Source: Podarcis liolepis (lineage: Eukaryota). Taken from it: DNA of 64,000 nucleotides. The stretch lies in assembly GCA_965112155.1 (NCBI GenBank), contig OZ218104.1. One strand, written 5' to 3'. How positions within the stretch are numbered: position 1 is the stretch's first letter; the number at the start of each line of letters is the position of its first letter. This document shows, piece after piece, positions 39,901-52,300 of the stretch. The position numbers and the translations under genes are program-made. The notes under the pieces were generated by a model. It saw only the letters and a program-made list of their open reading frames with translations. It was not told the origin of the DNA and searched no databases.

Positions 39901-42900
39901 AGCTTGATAGAGAGCACAGATTTGCGTAGGACCTGTCTTGCATACCAGCTCCTGTCTGTTTTGCAGTCATTCCGAGGGCAGGGCCTGAGGCTTACTTGAA
40001 ATGCCACATGCATTATAAGGTGTAACTTGACAGCAGTTCTAAGCTCCTCATCAAATTAAATGTGTCAAAATAGCTAGGCACAGAAGTGCCATTTGCTAGG
40101 CCTTCTATGTATTCCATCTCTGCCGGGAGCTTTGTAGAATGCCAGGCTCCATGGGCCCATCCTTTGCTCAGAGTTGTTTGTATATAGTCTGAGCACCTCC
40201 AGTGCCTTTGGGTGACAACATTTTCCAGTCAGCCTAGAGTCTTGCTTCACCCTCTTGTTGGAGCTGGAGAACACTTTGCCCCATCTCCTCTTCCACACAG
40301 CATAGAGGAACAGCCCACAGATAGAGGCATGCATAGCCTTGTCACTTTTTTGCCTAGTAGAGCACTCAGTCTGCCCTGGGCGCTGCTTCCCCAGAGATCG
40401 AGGCCAAGTATGAGAAGAAGATGCGAGTCCTACGCGACGAGCTAGACTTGCGCAGGAAAACTGAAATCCATGAGATTGAGGAGAGGAAGAATGGACAGAT
40501 CAACACACTGATGAAGAATCACGAGAAGGCTTTCAGCGACATCAAGAACTACTACAACGATGTCACTCTTAATAACCTGGCACTTATCAACACCCTCAAG
40601 GTAAAAGACATGCACCACACGACACCATCCCCAAATCAGCCTGTTGCCAGATTCAGGTAGTGGAAGGTCTAAGTGGATGGTGTTCATTGGGCTTTCTATG
40701 TTTTGTTGTTTTGTTCTGCTTTGGCTGATTTCTGTACTGCCATTGCTTTAGAGCCACTACATGTTGCATTTGTTTGCTTTGCCATTGTGGATACCTTGAG
40801 TCCTGGAGCTCCTCTCTTGTGCATCTCACTATGGACCAACCCCTGTTGTAGTTGAAGGTCATGTGTTTCCCATTTGGGGAAACGAACCATTCTGGTTTGG
40901 GGGGAAAGTCTGTTTCTATATTTTATATGTCAACCGCGTTTGTTTGGAAAATTGTTCCATTCACTTCAGTGGGCCAGTCAAATGAGTCAGGGTGCATCCT
41001 TGGTTATCCTCAGGTGATTCAGAGCTGTTGTTTCTCTTTGCCTTGGTGGTGGTGGGTCCCATGGGAGGTTTGAGGAAGCATGTTCCAGACAGGTGGTCAG
41101 GACTGGTGGGATGGGGCTTGCTGCCTGTTTTTGAGGACCTGAGGCACACACAGCCTCCTTTCTCTGTGTGTGTCTTGGAGTACAGGAGCAGATGGAGGAG
41201 ATGAAGAAGAAGGAGGATCATCTGGAGAAGGAGATGGCTGAAGTGCTGCTGCAGAACAAAAAGCTGGTGGAGCCACTGCAACGAGCCCGTGAAGAGGTGG
41301 CAGAGCTGCAGAAGAAACTGGCGCACTATGAAAAGGACAAGGCCATGTTGCATGTGAGTCCCACGGCTCTGCATTCACCTTTGCTTCCTGAGTGTCCTGG
41401 CCAATGAACTCTGGGTTACTTAGTATGACTGACTCTCTGCTAGTTTGGTGTGAACAGCACTGGGCTATTTCTGCACCAGCCCACTTTCATGCCACAGATT
41501 TTTATTTCCACTTTTGATAGCAGTTTGCATTGTCTCTATTCTCATGTGCCCTTTATTTCCAGAGTTAGGCCCCACCCTTTCTGTGATGTCCTTCAGTGCT
41601 AACAGTGGTCATTTAGAGTCTAGACAAATGTTACTGCGCCTTCCATTCTAGTTGTTGTCCAGCACTTTGCTTTTTATTTTTATCAGTGTTTCAAGATGAG
41701 AGTTTCGTGATTTTACATGCAGCCACGTACTCACGACCAAAGATGTCTTTTTAGGTTTTGTTCCCTTCTGATGCTGCACACTCCACCAAAGTTGTTGGTG
41801 TGTCTGAATGCACAACAGTTTTGCCATAATCAAAAGTAGACTCAACTGCATTCAAAATACAACTGCAGAGCAATTGAGTTACTATGTGAAGAGGAAGGCA
41901 GGGGGCCATGAGGATCATGAAACATGCTGGAAGTTGGGGGCAAGAGACCCCTGAGCTGATATTTCCAGGATGAGAGACTTGAATGATGCCCAGTCCCTGT
42001 GGAGCAGATAGAGGAACATAGTACTTTCCCATTCTTACAGTTTCTCCTTTGCACTGTCTGGTTTGGAGGTCAAAACCCATCAGTCCCTTCTGTGCCCTAG
42101 GAACTCTGTACGGCTGCTTTAACCTCCTTCTCTTCCCTTTCCAGCACACACATGCCCGTTTGAAAGTCACCGAGAAGGAATTAAAGGATCTCCAGTGGGA
42201 ACATGAGGTGCTGCAGCAAAGGTTCATCAGGGTAGGGATCAAGAATCACTGCTGTGCTGTGGCTTAACTTAGAGTTGGGAGAGGGTTGGATTTGATGGAT
42301 GGGCTGTGGGACAAGATGAAAAAGATGGGCCCATTTTCTGTAGATATCCGGTAGAGAGGTCTATATAGCCACCCACCCACCCACCACCCATTGGGCCTTG
42401 AGAATTCTGTGGTCCTGGTTGTTTCTTGATGAGACCTTTAGAGCAGATGGACAAGTCTGAGCCAAAACTGCCTGCAATATACATTCCCTGTCATCTCCAA
42501 ATTAGCTGTGTAATTTTTTGCGGTTCTTTTGGATTGCTTGAGCAGCTGGACTTTGTGTTTGTCTGAACAGCAGCATGTCTACTGCTGGTCTGGTCTGGTC
42601 ATCAGTATGACTTAAAGAAGTGGGGACTATGATACTGGAGAGGGGCAGCTAGAATCATAGAATCATAGAGTTGGAATAGACCACAAGGGCCATCGAGTCC
42701 AATCCCCTGCCAAGCAGGAAACACCATCAGAGCACTCCTGACATATGGTTGTCAAGCCTCTGCTTAAAGACCTCCAAAGAAGGAGACTCCATCACACTCC
42801 TTGGCAGCAAATTCCACTGTCAAACAGCTCTTACTGTCAGGAAGTTCTTCCTAATATTTAGGTGGAATCTTCTTTCCTCAGAGGGGGGGGGATGGAAGGG

Positions 42901-45900
42901 AGGGGCTCTCTTCAGTATAACTCATTAAGACATGGGGACAGGTTTGCGTGCCATTCAGCATTGATCTGAGACCTCATTAGCTGCCTTTGAAAACTGGCTG
43001 CAGTGGTCCTATCTTAATGAGGGGGTCTCTTACTAACAAGAATTGGGTCAGGCTGCCTCCCATCCCTCCTCCCCCCACAGATCCTTGCAAAGTGCATTGG
43101 GAGAGAAAGGAGGCCTTTCTGTCCCCAAAGGCATCATTCTCTTGCTCTCCTGAGGCTGCTTAAAGCCCATGGCCTAGTCTGCCATGCCTTGCTGGGTGGT
43201 CTGTTTCTGTCCCTGAAATGGGGGAAAGAGGTTGCTGCAGATTCCTCAGTTCTGTGGCTCCTGAGGAGGAGGCAAGCAAGCGTGCTAGGGGCTTCTGTGG
43301 AGCTGCCCTCTATGACTGCTGCAAGGCCGGGGGTTGAAAACAGGGGCATGACTCTTCCTGATAAAGGTCAGCATATGGGAGCACAGCAAGGCAGTGGGTG
43401 GGCATTTGCATGACATGCACGCACACGCGCGCGCGCACACACACACACATAGCACAATGCAAGAGGATGGTTTTAACTGATAAAAACCTAATCACCACCA
43501 GCCCTGTCTTCCAGCTCCCACTGCCTTCCCTAATAGCCTGAGGGGCTGCCTCAGAGCTCTGCATTGCTCCTCCCTCTGTGACTCACTAAAGTCCCAACTT
43601 TTGGAATCATTGCAACATATTTTAATCTGTGTTGGTTTGTGACAGAGGGGGTGGGCAACTGTTGTCATTGGGTAGCTGGCTTTTTATTTTTGGAAGAAGA
43701 CTTTTACGCATGAATGTTAGGACTATAGACAGTTGCCTAAATACACAGCCAGACCCTTGGTCCATGCAGCTCCGTCTTGTCTATGCACTGACTGGCAGTG
43801 GCTCTCAAGGCTTCACCTTTCCAAGCCCTCCCTGGAGATGTGCGGGATGCAACTTTGGACATTCTGTATGCCAAGTGTATGGGCCTACGGCCGTAATAAA
43901 TTATTATTATTATTATTATTGTATGCCAAGCATGTGCTCCACCACTGATCTCCAGGCCTTTCCCGTGTGCTCACAGTGGACAAGCAAAACACACCAAAAC
44001 CCAAAGCACCTTATTAACAGACAGAATACCTGGTTTAGGGGCTTCATGGAGCACCCAGTCTGTGCCAAGGCTCAGAGCAGTGCTTTCTTTGACTCTGGGG
44101 TTGATGGTTGTCTGCACAGGTGCAGGACGAGCGAGATGACCTGTACCAGAAATTTACCAAAGCCATTAATGAGGTGCAGCAGAAAACTGGCTTTAAGAAC
44201 TTGTTGCTGGAGCGGAAGCTTCTCGGCCTCTCCAACATCCTGGAGAAGAAGGAGGTGCAGCTCAACGAGGTCCTGGCTGCCACCAACCTTGATCCCGGTG
44301 CTCTCAGTGTGGTCACCCGCAAGCTGGAGGTACTGTGCTTCTAATCACCATGGGGATTATAGAGATAGCTTATAGATATTTTTCTAATACCCTTCAGTTA
44401 AACAAACAGCTCCCAAGCCAGATGAGAACAATTGGTCAGATTCCTTCTTGCTGCTGTTTCAGATGGGGTTTGTCCCTGGGTTTCATATTACCAAGATGGA
44501 TTAGGCAAGATCTAGGTAAAACCTTGCAATGCACAGGAGAAAGGTGCACTGGCTAAAAGGGAGCTGCCAGGGGCTCAAGGTGTGGGCAAGTGCAGGGAGC
44601 CATCCTATAATAAGGGACTCTGCCCAACTGACAAGGGGAAGTTAGTTTTTCTCTGAGCACTCCCCCTCATTCAGGGGCAATTGATAAATGTAGCCTGCGC
44701 TGTAGTTCAGAGTTGTGCCCTTAGTTGTGCACAAGAGGCCCACAAGCATGAAAAGCCTTTGCCTCAGCCCTCCAAACAATCCAGAGCATGTACAGTAGTA
44801 CCTCGGGTTACAAACGCTTTGGGTTACAAACTCCGCTAACCTGGAAGTAGTATCTCAGGTTGAGAACTTTGCCCCAGGATGAGAACAGAAATTGCATGCC
44901 GGTGGCACAGCAGCAGCGGGAGGCCCCATTAGCAAAAGCGCGCCTCAGGTTAAGAATGGTTTTGGGTTAAGAACGGACCTCTGGAACAAATTAAGTTCAT
45001 AACCCAAGGTACCACTGTACCAACATTTCCATTTGCCAAGCAGGTTCTGAATGCACACGCACACAACTGGCCTCCAGTTGCCTCGGGTTGGCTAGAAGTT
45101 GCTAGGAGGTGTTTGTTTCCAGCAGCAGCTATAGAAGTCAGTCACATGGGCAGTACTGTGGGCAAAAGGGACCCTCGCAGCAGTGACTGAACCAGTGGTG
45201 GGGTGAATTGCTCTACTGGGGAATGCTTTCCCTTCCTATCTGACCTGAGCCTCTTTGTTGCTTTCTTGGGACATAGAATGCACAAGCAGTCAGCAAGTGT
45301 CTGTTGTGCTTCTGGCTGTGAGAATACACTTGGCATGAGGGTGCTGTGCCTGGGGAAATGTGCAGGAGCCAGACTGAAAGGGGAAGTTCCAGTGGTCAGA
45401 GACTTCAGTTTCTTTTCCCTCTGGCTGGTGGAGTTGGAAGAGATTCTGCATGCAAATCTGCTGAACCTATGTGCCATTTATTCTGGTCCCAGAATCCGTT
45501 CAGTACACAGAGCACACGTGCCCCTTTGCAGCATGAGAACTGAAGCGGCAATGTGCCCTCGTTGCCAGGGCGGTGTTTCCTGCTCTGCTGCTCAGTCTCC
45601 AACGGAGATGGAAAGGGAGAGAGAGAATGAGCTCCTGGCTGCATTCTCGGTTCCTTGCCTCCCTCCTTCTCTCCCTGCGGCCACTTGGGACTGTCAGAAC
45701 CTTCTAGCCACACAAGCGTGGCTTGGGGATTGCTTGCCACACAGCTTTCTCTCAACTCGTTCCACTCCATGGGGTTTCCCTGTTGCTGATTTCCTAGCTG
45801 CCCGCTTTCTTTGCTAAGGTTGGGTTCAATCTAACAGCGCCTTGTTACACAGCAAGGCTATCTGCACTTTCAAAGCATTCCCCTGGCACGCCAAGTTGTT

Positions 45901-47616
45901 TCTGGGGAGCAGGGGCTGCCCATCATGCTGCCAGGGCCCCTCCCCTCTGTGTTTCCAGCCCCAAGAGTCAAGGGAAGCTCTCCACCATAGGGACCTCTGT
46001 GGCCTCCTCACTCTTCAGGCTTCCTGTCCTGTCCAGTCTCTGAAATGCCTGATGGGATGGAAACAGAGTTATCTACCATGACTTGGCCTGCCTGGGAAGG
46101 GGGTTTAGTTAGCGGCTTCCACATTCCAAGCACGGCTGGCGCCAGTAACTGGAGATTCTTCCCAGAGGCAGCTGCTCCTTCCACCAGGCCTCCCACATTC
46201 CTACCTTCAGCTGCTGCTTGCGCAGGAGGCACATCCACAGGGGATTCCCTGGGTATTGTAGCACCAGTTCCTGTGCCAAATAGGGCAAAAAATGGCTTGG
46301 TGGCAGAAATGCCAGCCCACAGCTCTCATCTCCCATTACCGGCGGGCAACGCAGATGAGCCTTAATTTGAGTCACAAAGAGGAAATTGTGCAAGGAGGCA
46401 AGAGGCGCATTAGCTCCTGTTTGTAGATGGAGTGCTCCACTGTGATTGCTATGCCAAGTGTGGGATGCAGTACTGTATACAAAATTCAGCACCCATGAGA
46501 ATCTCGGGTTTTACCTGATTTTGTAATAGCAGGTTTCTAAACCTCATGGCCGTAGAGAGGCTTGGAAATACATTGGCACTGCCTAATGAAATCACGGAAG
46601 CCAACAACAGACAGATTAGGACTTTCAGCATGCAGAATTTGCAGAAAGGAAAGAGCCAAGCACGAGACTGTGCTGCAGAAGGGCACCTAACTTTGCATAG
46701 GCCTGTCATGGCCCATTAAGAAAGGCCAAAAGCTCTGGCTGGGCCTTGACTAGTCCCCTTGTGGGCCAGTTCACTTGCCTGATGTGTTAACGCCCAAACA
46801 ACCTTCTTTCACAGGATGTGCTGGATTCGAAAAACAATGCCATCAAGGATCTGCAGTACGAGCTAGCCAGAGTGTGCAAGGTAAGAGCTCCAGCTGAGGA
46901 GAACCCTATAATTGTACTTGAATGTCTGTTGGAGCAAAATGTAGAGAGCAGGTCTCTTTAGACACAACCCAGGAAGGAAATATATTTTCCCTAGCAGTTG
47001 GCTTTTACTTATGCCTTGTTTGAAAGCCATTTATGCTAGCAGGAATTCACTATCCTGTGGCAGTGAGTTCCATAGGTTAATGCCAAGAAATGTGAATAAT
47101 TACTTCCCCTGTCTTTTCTAATGCCCACTGCCTATCCATCTCAGTGAACGGCTGATGGGTTTGACAAATGTTGTACTAGCCATCGCTTCATCTGACCTAC
47201 CAAGTTGCATTGTATTCACCTCCAGCCCCATTTTTCTAAATTAACAAGTTTGTTCTAAGCATTTGTTCCTTGAGATGGTCTAGCCTGCAACCATTTTAGT
47301 TGGCCTTTTCCTGCTCTCTTGCATCCTTTTGGAGAAATACGGATGCAGCCACCACTGCCATGGGTGCATTACCAGAGCATAGACAAGAGAAGTTGCCTTA
47401 GGTGGCTGTGTTATGGTATGTGATGTTTGATCCCTCTCCTCAACCTGCAATTGCCTCCCATTGCAGGCCCACAATGACTTGTTGCGGACGTACGAGGCCA
47501 AGCTCACAGCCTTTGGGATCCCTTTGGACAATTTGGGCTTCAAGCCCCTGGAAACCTCCGTGATCGGCCACACGCTGGGCCAGGGTCCTGCTGGGTTTGT
47601 CTCAACCCCCACGTAG
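36709..47616 (+). CDS. GAS8: Growth arrest-specific 8 / dynein regulatory complex subunit 4 (482 aa, 11 exons)
   Basis: Exons 36709-36711 (ATG only), 37258-37356, 38352-38549, 39167-39373, 39579-39633, 40395-40600, 41186-41353, 42145-42231, 44120-44329, 46815-46880, 47467-47616; 1449 nt open; MAPKKKG..., [53 protein letters not shown] match DRC4. Confidence 0.95.
42650..42878 (-). mobile_element. CR1 LINE 3' end fragment
   Basis: tagaatcatagaatcatagagttggaa...ctcttactgtcaggaagttcttcctaat is the antisense CR1 3' terminus with (ATTCTATG)n-type tail. Confidence 0.75.
44791..45019. mobile_element. Tigger/mariner-type MITE
   Basis: TIRs ta-cagtagtacctcgggtta / taacccaaggtaccactg-ta. Confidence 0.8.
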
Positions 47617-48392
47617 CACAGCCTGACATCATACTTTGGAATGCCTTCAGCCTAAGCCTTGTGTGCAAGCAAGCCACTGTCCCGCTCCTGCTGTGGCCGT
47701 AGAGGAGAGGGAGGGAGAGAGCAGCCCCCTGGAATGAGATTGTGTCTGCTCCAGCCCTCATTTGTATTAAAGAGGCCCTGTGGTGGGCTATTCAGTCTTC
47801 AGTCTCTGCAAAGCCTCCCTTTTTCTTTCCCACCCACGTCAAGGCAGAGCTTGGGGACTTGAAAAGCATCTTCCTCTTGATTAATGAGCCCCTGAACTAC
47901 TTAATCCCACCTTATCTAGAGCCTCCAAAGTCCTCCACACCAATGTTGGGTCCACTCAAGCACCTCTGAAGAGCCTGGCTCCTGGATCCAGGCTAAAGGA
48001 CTACCTAGTCCAGCATCCTGTTCCCCACAGTGGCCAAGCAGATGCCTCTGGGAAGCCCACAATCAGGACATGAGTGCAGCAGCCCTCTCCCCACTCATGT
48101 TCCCCAGCAACTGAGGGAGCCCTACCTAATCAGTAGAGCACATGTGTGTTAAGGACCCAGACCCAATTCATGGCATCTCCAATTTAAAACAAGAGGCTTA
48201 CAAGTATCAGTCTTTAGATTAATCTCACATTTACTACCAGGCAGCTGCTCATGGCCAAGCCCCCAGCCTGAGGCTCGGGCCAGAGGTGGCCGTGGATGCA
48301 ACCACAGCTCTCCATCCGCTGGACTGCATCAGCTCTCTCAGAACAGGCACCCCGGTTTGCTGAAGCAGCCCCTCCTGCTGGCCGGTCTCCCA

Positions 48393-49310
48393 CTAGCTTC
48401 CCCTGTAGGTGGTGTAGGAATAGGGGCTGAGCAGCAAGGGGATGTGCACTTTTTCTTCCTCTGTGATGGTGAAGACAATCTAAACAGAGAGACAAGAGGA
48501 TGCATAAAGACAAGGGAGGGGGGAATAGCAGGAGGTTGGTAGTGCTCTTTGGTTTGAGATCCTTTCTTCGCTGCACTGGGCCTAGCCCATGAGAAGACAT
48601 TTGTCAGGGGCCCAAATGCCTGGTCCGGAGCACCCCTAGTGCCCAGTCCTCGCACACTTCTGGCTTTGTGCTCTTTCAGGGATGTCCCATGCACAACATC
48701 TAGCTCTCCTACCAACCACCTGGGCCTCTTCCTGCAGGTTTCTGAGGGACTTCACAGCGTGCAGCCTTCATAATGTGAAGTTTATGCTGATTTCTCCCAT
48801 ATTCCAACGTTGTGCTTCTCCTGCCAGGAAGTACATCCCTCAAAGGGCAGTGAGTGGTGGTCCCTGCCATCATCAGTCCTCCCTATGTTGGAAGGAGCCT
48901 CCCCCCCCTTCCAGGTGTGAGTTTCATCTGGGAACCAAACTTACTTCCACATAAGGGTAGAAGCTGCTGTATCCTTGTTGCTCCCAGTACTCCCTCGTCT
49001 CAAAGCGCAGCTTATAGGTGCCAGGTTTCAGCTCCCTGGGCATCGGGCTGTTTCTGTCCAAGCGCCCATCAGGGTTTGTCTTGCTGGAACGGAATAAATG
49101 AGGCTGAAACTGCAACGGCCCCAGCCCTACCGAGGGAGGGAGATTGTCTCGCTTCATCCCCTCCTACCTCCTCATGAGCTCTGCCCACGGACGTTGGGGG
49201 TCCTCCAGCTTAGAGAAGTGCATGGCCAGGCCTTGGGCAGGGAGGCCGGTGAGCACGTTCAGTGCGTGGACAGTCAGGAAAGCGTGGTGGACCTCATCGG
49301 AACTAGCCAC
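48393..49310 (-). CDS. URAH: 5-hydroxyisourate hydrolase (transthyretin-related) coding exons
   Basis: [47 protein letters not shown] / [39 protein letters not shown] / [28 protein letters not shown]; the HIUase C-terminal YRGS signature is present; position next to GAS8 matches the mammalian URAH/URAHP locus. Confidence 0.93.
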
Positions 49311-52300
49311 CTGGGATTCAGAACGGAGAGCCGGGTGGAGCAAAAGCCTCTGTATGAGTTCCTCCCCCTCCCAGTTTCCTAGGTCCATCGATTCCCAAAG
49401 GAAGATGTCCTTGCCACCTTCAGCAGCAGGCCCTTATTTTCCAAGCTCTTTCTTGCTGCCCTCAGCAGTTTTTCCTGTTTTTAAATGTTTGCTTTTTCTC
49501 CCAGGTGCTGTGTGCACGGGAGCTTTCTGTGAAGTGTTGTGGTTGTGGAGAGAGAGGGAGGACCCCACCCCACCCACTTCTCACCCATCCACCAGCTGTG
49601 TGTTCAAATACAAACTCTGCTGGCTCCTGGGTGAGAGGTTTTGTTGGGGGGGGGGTTAAAGACAAGATGCCCTCGGCAGACCCTGCTTGCTTGCTTGCTG
49701 CTGTCCACATTGCCCATTCATTTGCCCAAATTGTAGCCCTGCAGCTTGACATAGTGCCTGCCACTGTTTGTACAGAGAGGGCAGGTGAGCAAGTAATGAA
49801 GGTGCAGAGGAGGTTCAGGGGCAGTGAAGGTCAGCAGTGGTCCCCACTGGCTGTGTCAGGATGGGCCTGGGCAGGTGCCTTACAACGCCAGCCTCTTGAG
49901 AGAAGCCCTGCCTGACAAGTGCGTTCCTCTGCTCTTAAGCACGGCAGAGCAGTACTCCTGGGTTTCAAACAGAGGTCCTTCCTAGCCCTATCTGGAGATG
50001 TTGGGGATGAACCTAAGAACACTGAGTTATGACCCCTCTCCACCCAGAAGGTGGGACTGAACAGTGGCAGCTCTCCTTCCTGCTCCATGTATTATTTCAC
50101 TGCCTTCTTAAACATTTGATCCCTGGCCACAGAGTTCCTTTACTTTTGGCCCATGCCAGGAAACTCCCCAAGACAATCAAGAGTGTGGCATTCAAGCTTC
50201 TTGTTTTTCTTGAGCTGCCAGAAATATAGATTCCCACCCCCTTGCCAAGTTTCCCAATGAAACACCAAAGCAGGAAGGCTTTCCCTTCTCTTGGGCTGAG
50301 CCCACCCACCATCCTAGGATCTCTCACCACCTGGGGTCTCCCTCCTCCGTCCCTCTGTGGTAGTTGGTTTCTCTCATCCATTCTGGGGCATTTCTGATGC
50401 AGCCCCTTCTAACTCCACTTCCTTCTTGCCTTCCACTGGCAGGCTGCCTGCCTGTCATGACTCAGCAGAAAGTCTTAACCCTTTTGGTGCCACGAGGGCA
50501 GGCTCAACCGGGTGCCCCCTGAAAACATGAGAAAGGGGCCCAATTCATTTCAGGGCAAGGGGGGAGGGTTCCATCTCCATCTCTACTCAGCCTAATCTGT
50601 AAAATATGCATTTGAAGTTCTTGGGACTTCTCACTGGAGTAAAATGCAGCAAGCATTTTGTGGGAGAATAGTCAATACTGTCATGCCTCAGCAAGAGCAA
50701 AAATGAAGATATAGGAGCAGTCACATGGTTACCCGGGAGTATTTGTGAGTTCCCAGTCCTTACTTGGATCACTGCTGTTGCTGTAGTGCTAAGACCTTCT
50801 CCTAAGCAGTCTGTAGCCTGCAGGATCAGAGTGTATTGGGGGGTTACCTGTAAACAAATAATTCCATTAGCATTTGGGCAAAGGGGATCAAAGCACCACA
50901 TGGCAAAGCAGTGTTGTATAAGATCCTGAGAGCCCCACTGGCCAAGTAACTTGAGGAAACTTTAAACTCACTAGGGTACTTCCAGATACAGCAAACTGAA
51001 ATGGGACACAGCTGTTATTCTAGACCAGGCACAGGCAAACTCGGCCCTCCAGATGTTTTGGGACTACAGTTCCCATCATCCCTGACCACTGGTCCTGCTA
51101 GCTAGGGATCATGGGAGTTGTAGACCAAAAACATCTGGAGGGCCAAGTTTGCCTATGCCTGTGGTAGACCACCCTTAATATTAGGAAAATGTGAAAAGAA
51201 AATGCTTAATTCTTGCAAACCATACCATTAAAGCACATGACTTCCCCCAAAGGATTTGGGCAAATGTAGTTTGCCCCTCACAGAGCTACAATTCCCAGCA
51301 CCCTTGACAAACTGCAGTTCCTAGGATTCTTTGGAGGAAGCCATGTGCTTTAAATGTGTACAGCTTATGTCCACTTCATCTTCTGTAGGGCAGCCCTCCA
51401 GATATTGGAAGGCGGCAGTCATGCTGTTCATCTGCTCCAGACTCAAAGCCTTCCCTCTTCTCTTTCAGAAATCCCTTGCAAGCCCCTCCCCATCCTGCTT
51501 GGTCCCCCCCCCCCCAGCTAGCCTCTAATCCACCAGTGCCTTATGGCCCAGTGTTTCCACTAGGAGTAAAGCACAGCAGCAGAGCCAAGGGTTGCCTCAA
51601 AGGGGAAATTTAGCATCATTAATCATGCCCTCTCCCTACACAGCCAAGACCCAGCCACTTACCGTTCTGTCAAGTCCTGGTTTGTTCAAGCTGATGACCC
51701 CTGTTTTATTATCGATGGCAAACATTTGGCTCTGTGGCTTTGTGGGGGTCTGGATAGCGAGGGAGTAGGTGATTACCCCATTGTAGGAATTCACAGCATC
51801 ATCCATGTCAGTGGCTGATACTTGTGTCACAAAGGTACCTGGGTGCGTGTGCCACAAAAGTCCAAAGTTCAGCTTCTGAAGTGCATCACACACATACCCG
51901 CAACATAGCCAGATCATCCCAGCTTGGAGGTCAAATTGACTCTGCCCCAGACAGCTCCAAAATTACCTCTTAGCCTCTGCAAACTGTGCAGCAGCTGGGT
52001 GCGATCTGCACTGCCTTTATGCCAGTCCGCAAGTTATGGTGGGCTCAGTAGTGACTGCCCAGGCCATACAGGTAGAAAGAAGCACAGTTAGGGGCCTGGG
52101 GTTTGCACACAATATTATACCCCCTCCCCCTGTGGGTTCTCCTTCCATAAAGAATGGGCAAAGGATATGGGCATTCAGAGGCAAATATTAGGGGTTTCCA
52201 TACAGTCAGTTCGTTCATGCATGTGCAACCAGACAGACAGACACGTACCTGGTGGGGCTCCTTCTGCTACGGAACCATGGAAGATGCTCTGGGTAAAACG

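Noticed and set aside
43629-44119. 248-aa ORF overlapping GAS8 intron 8/exon 9
   Set aside because: Different frame from the GAS8 exon and includes a (TAT)n microsatellite; spurious
49311-49388. In-frame ATG (MDLGNWEG...) directly upstream of the URAH exon as a stand-alone start
   Set aside because: It runs through a plausible acceptor (ctctccgttctgaatcccag) and encodes no targeting signal; judged intronic, though not excluded
49872-49895. Minus-strand agg ctg gcg ttg ta agg cac ctg, which looks like a frameshifted PTS2 (RL...HL) remnant of the old URAH exon 1
   Set aside because: Needs a 4-nt indel and has no matching ATG or donor; could easily be chance
50587-50763. Read-through of the last cadherin exon to a stop at 50587, giving a stand-alone truncated cadherin or pseudogene
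   Set aside because: The tail has no cadherin similarity, starts at a strong donor, and no canonical polyA hexamer was seen before URAH; it remains the null model to test
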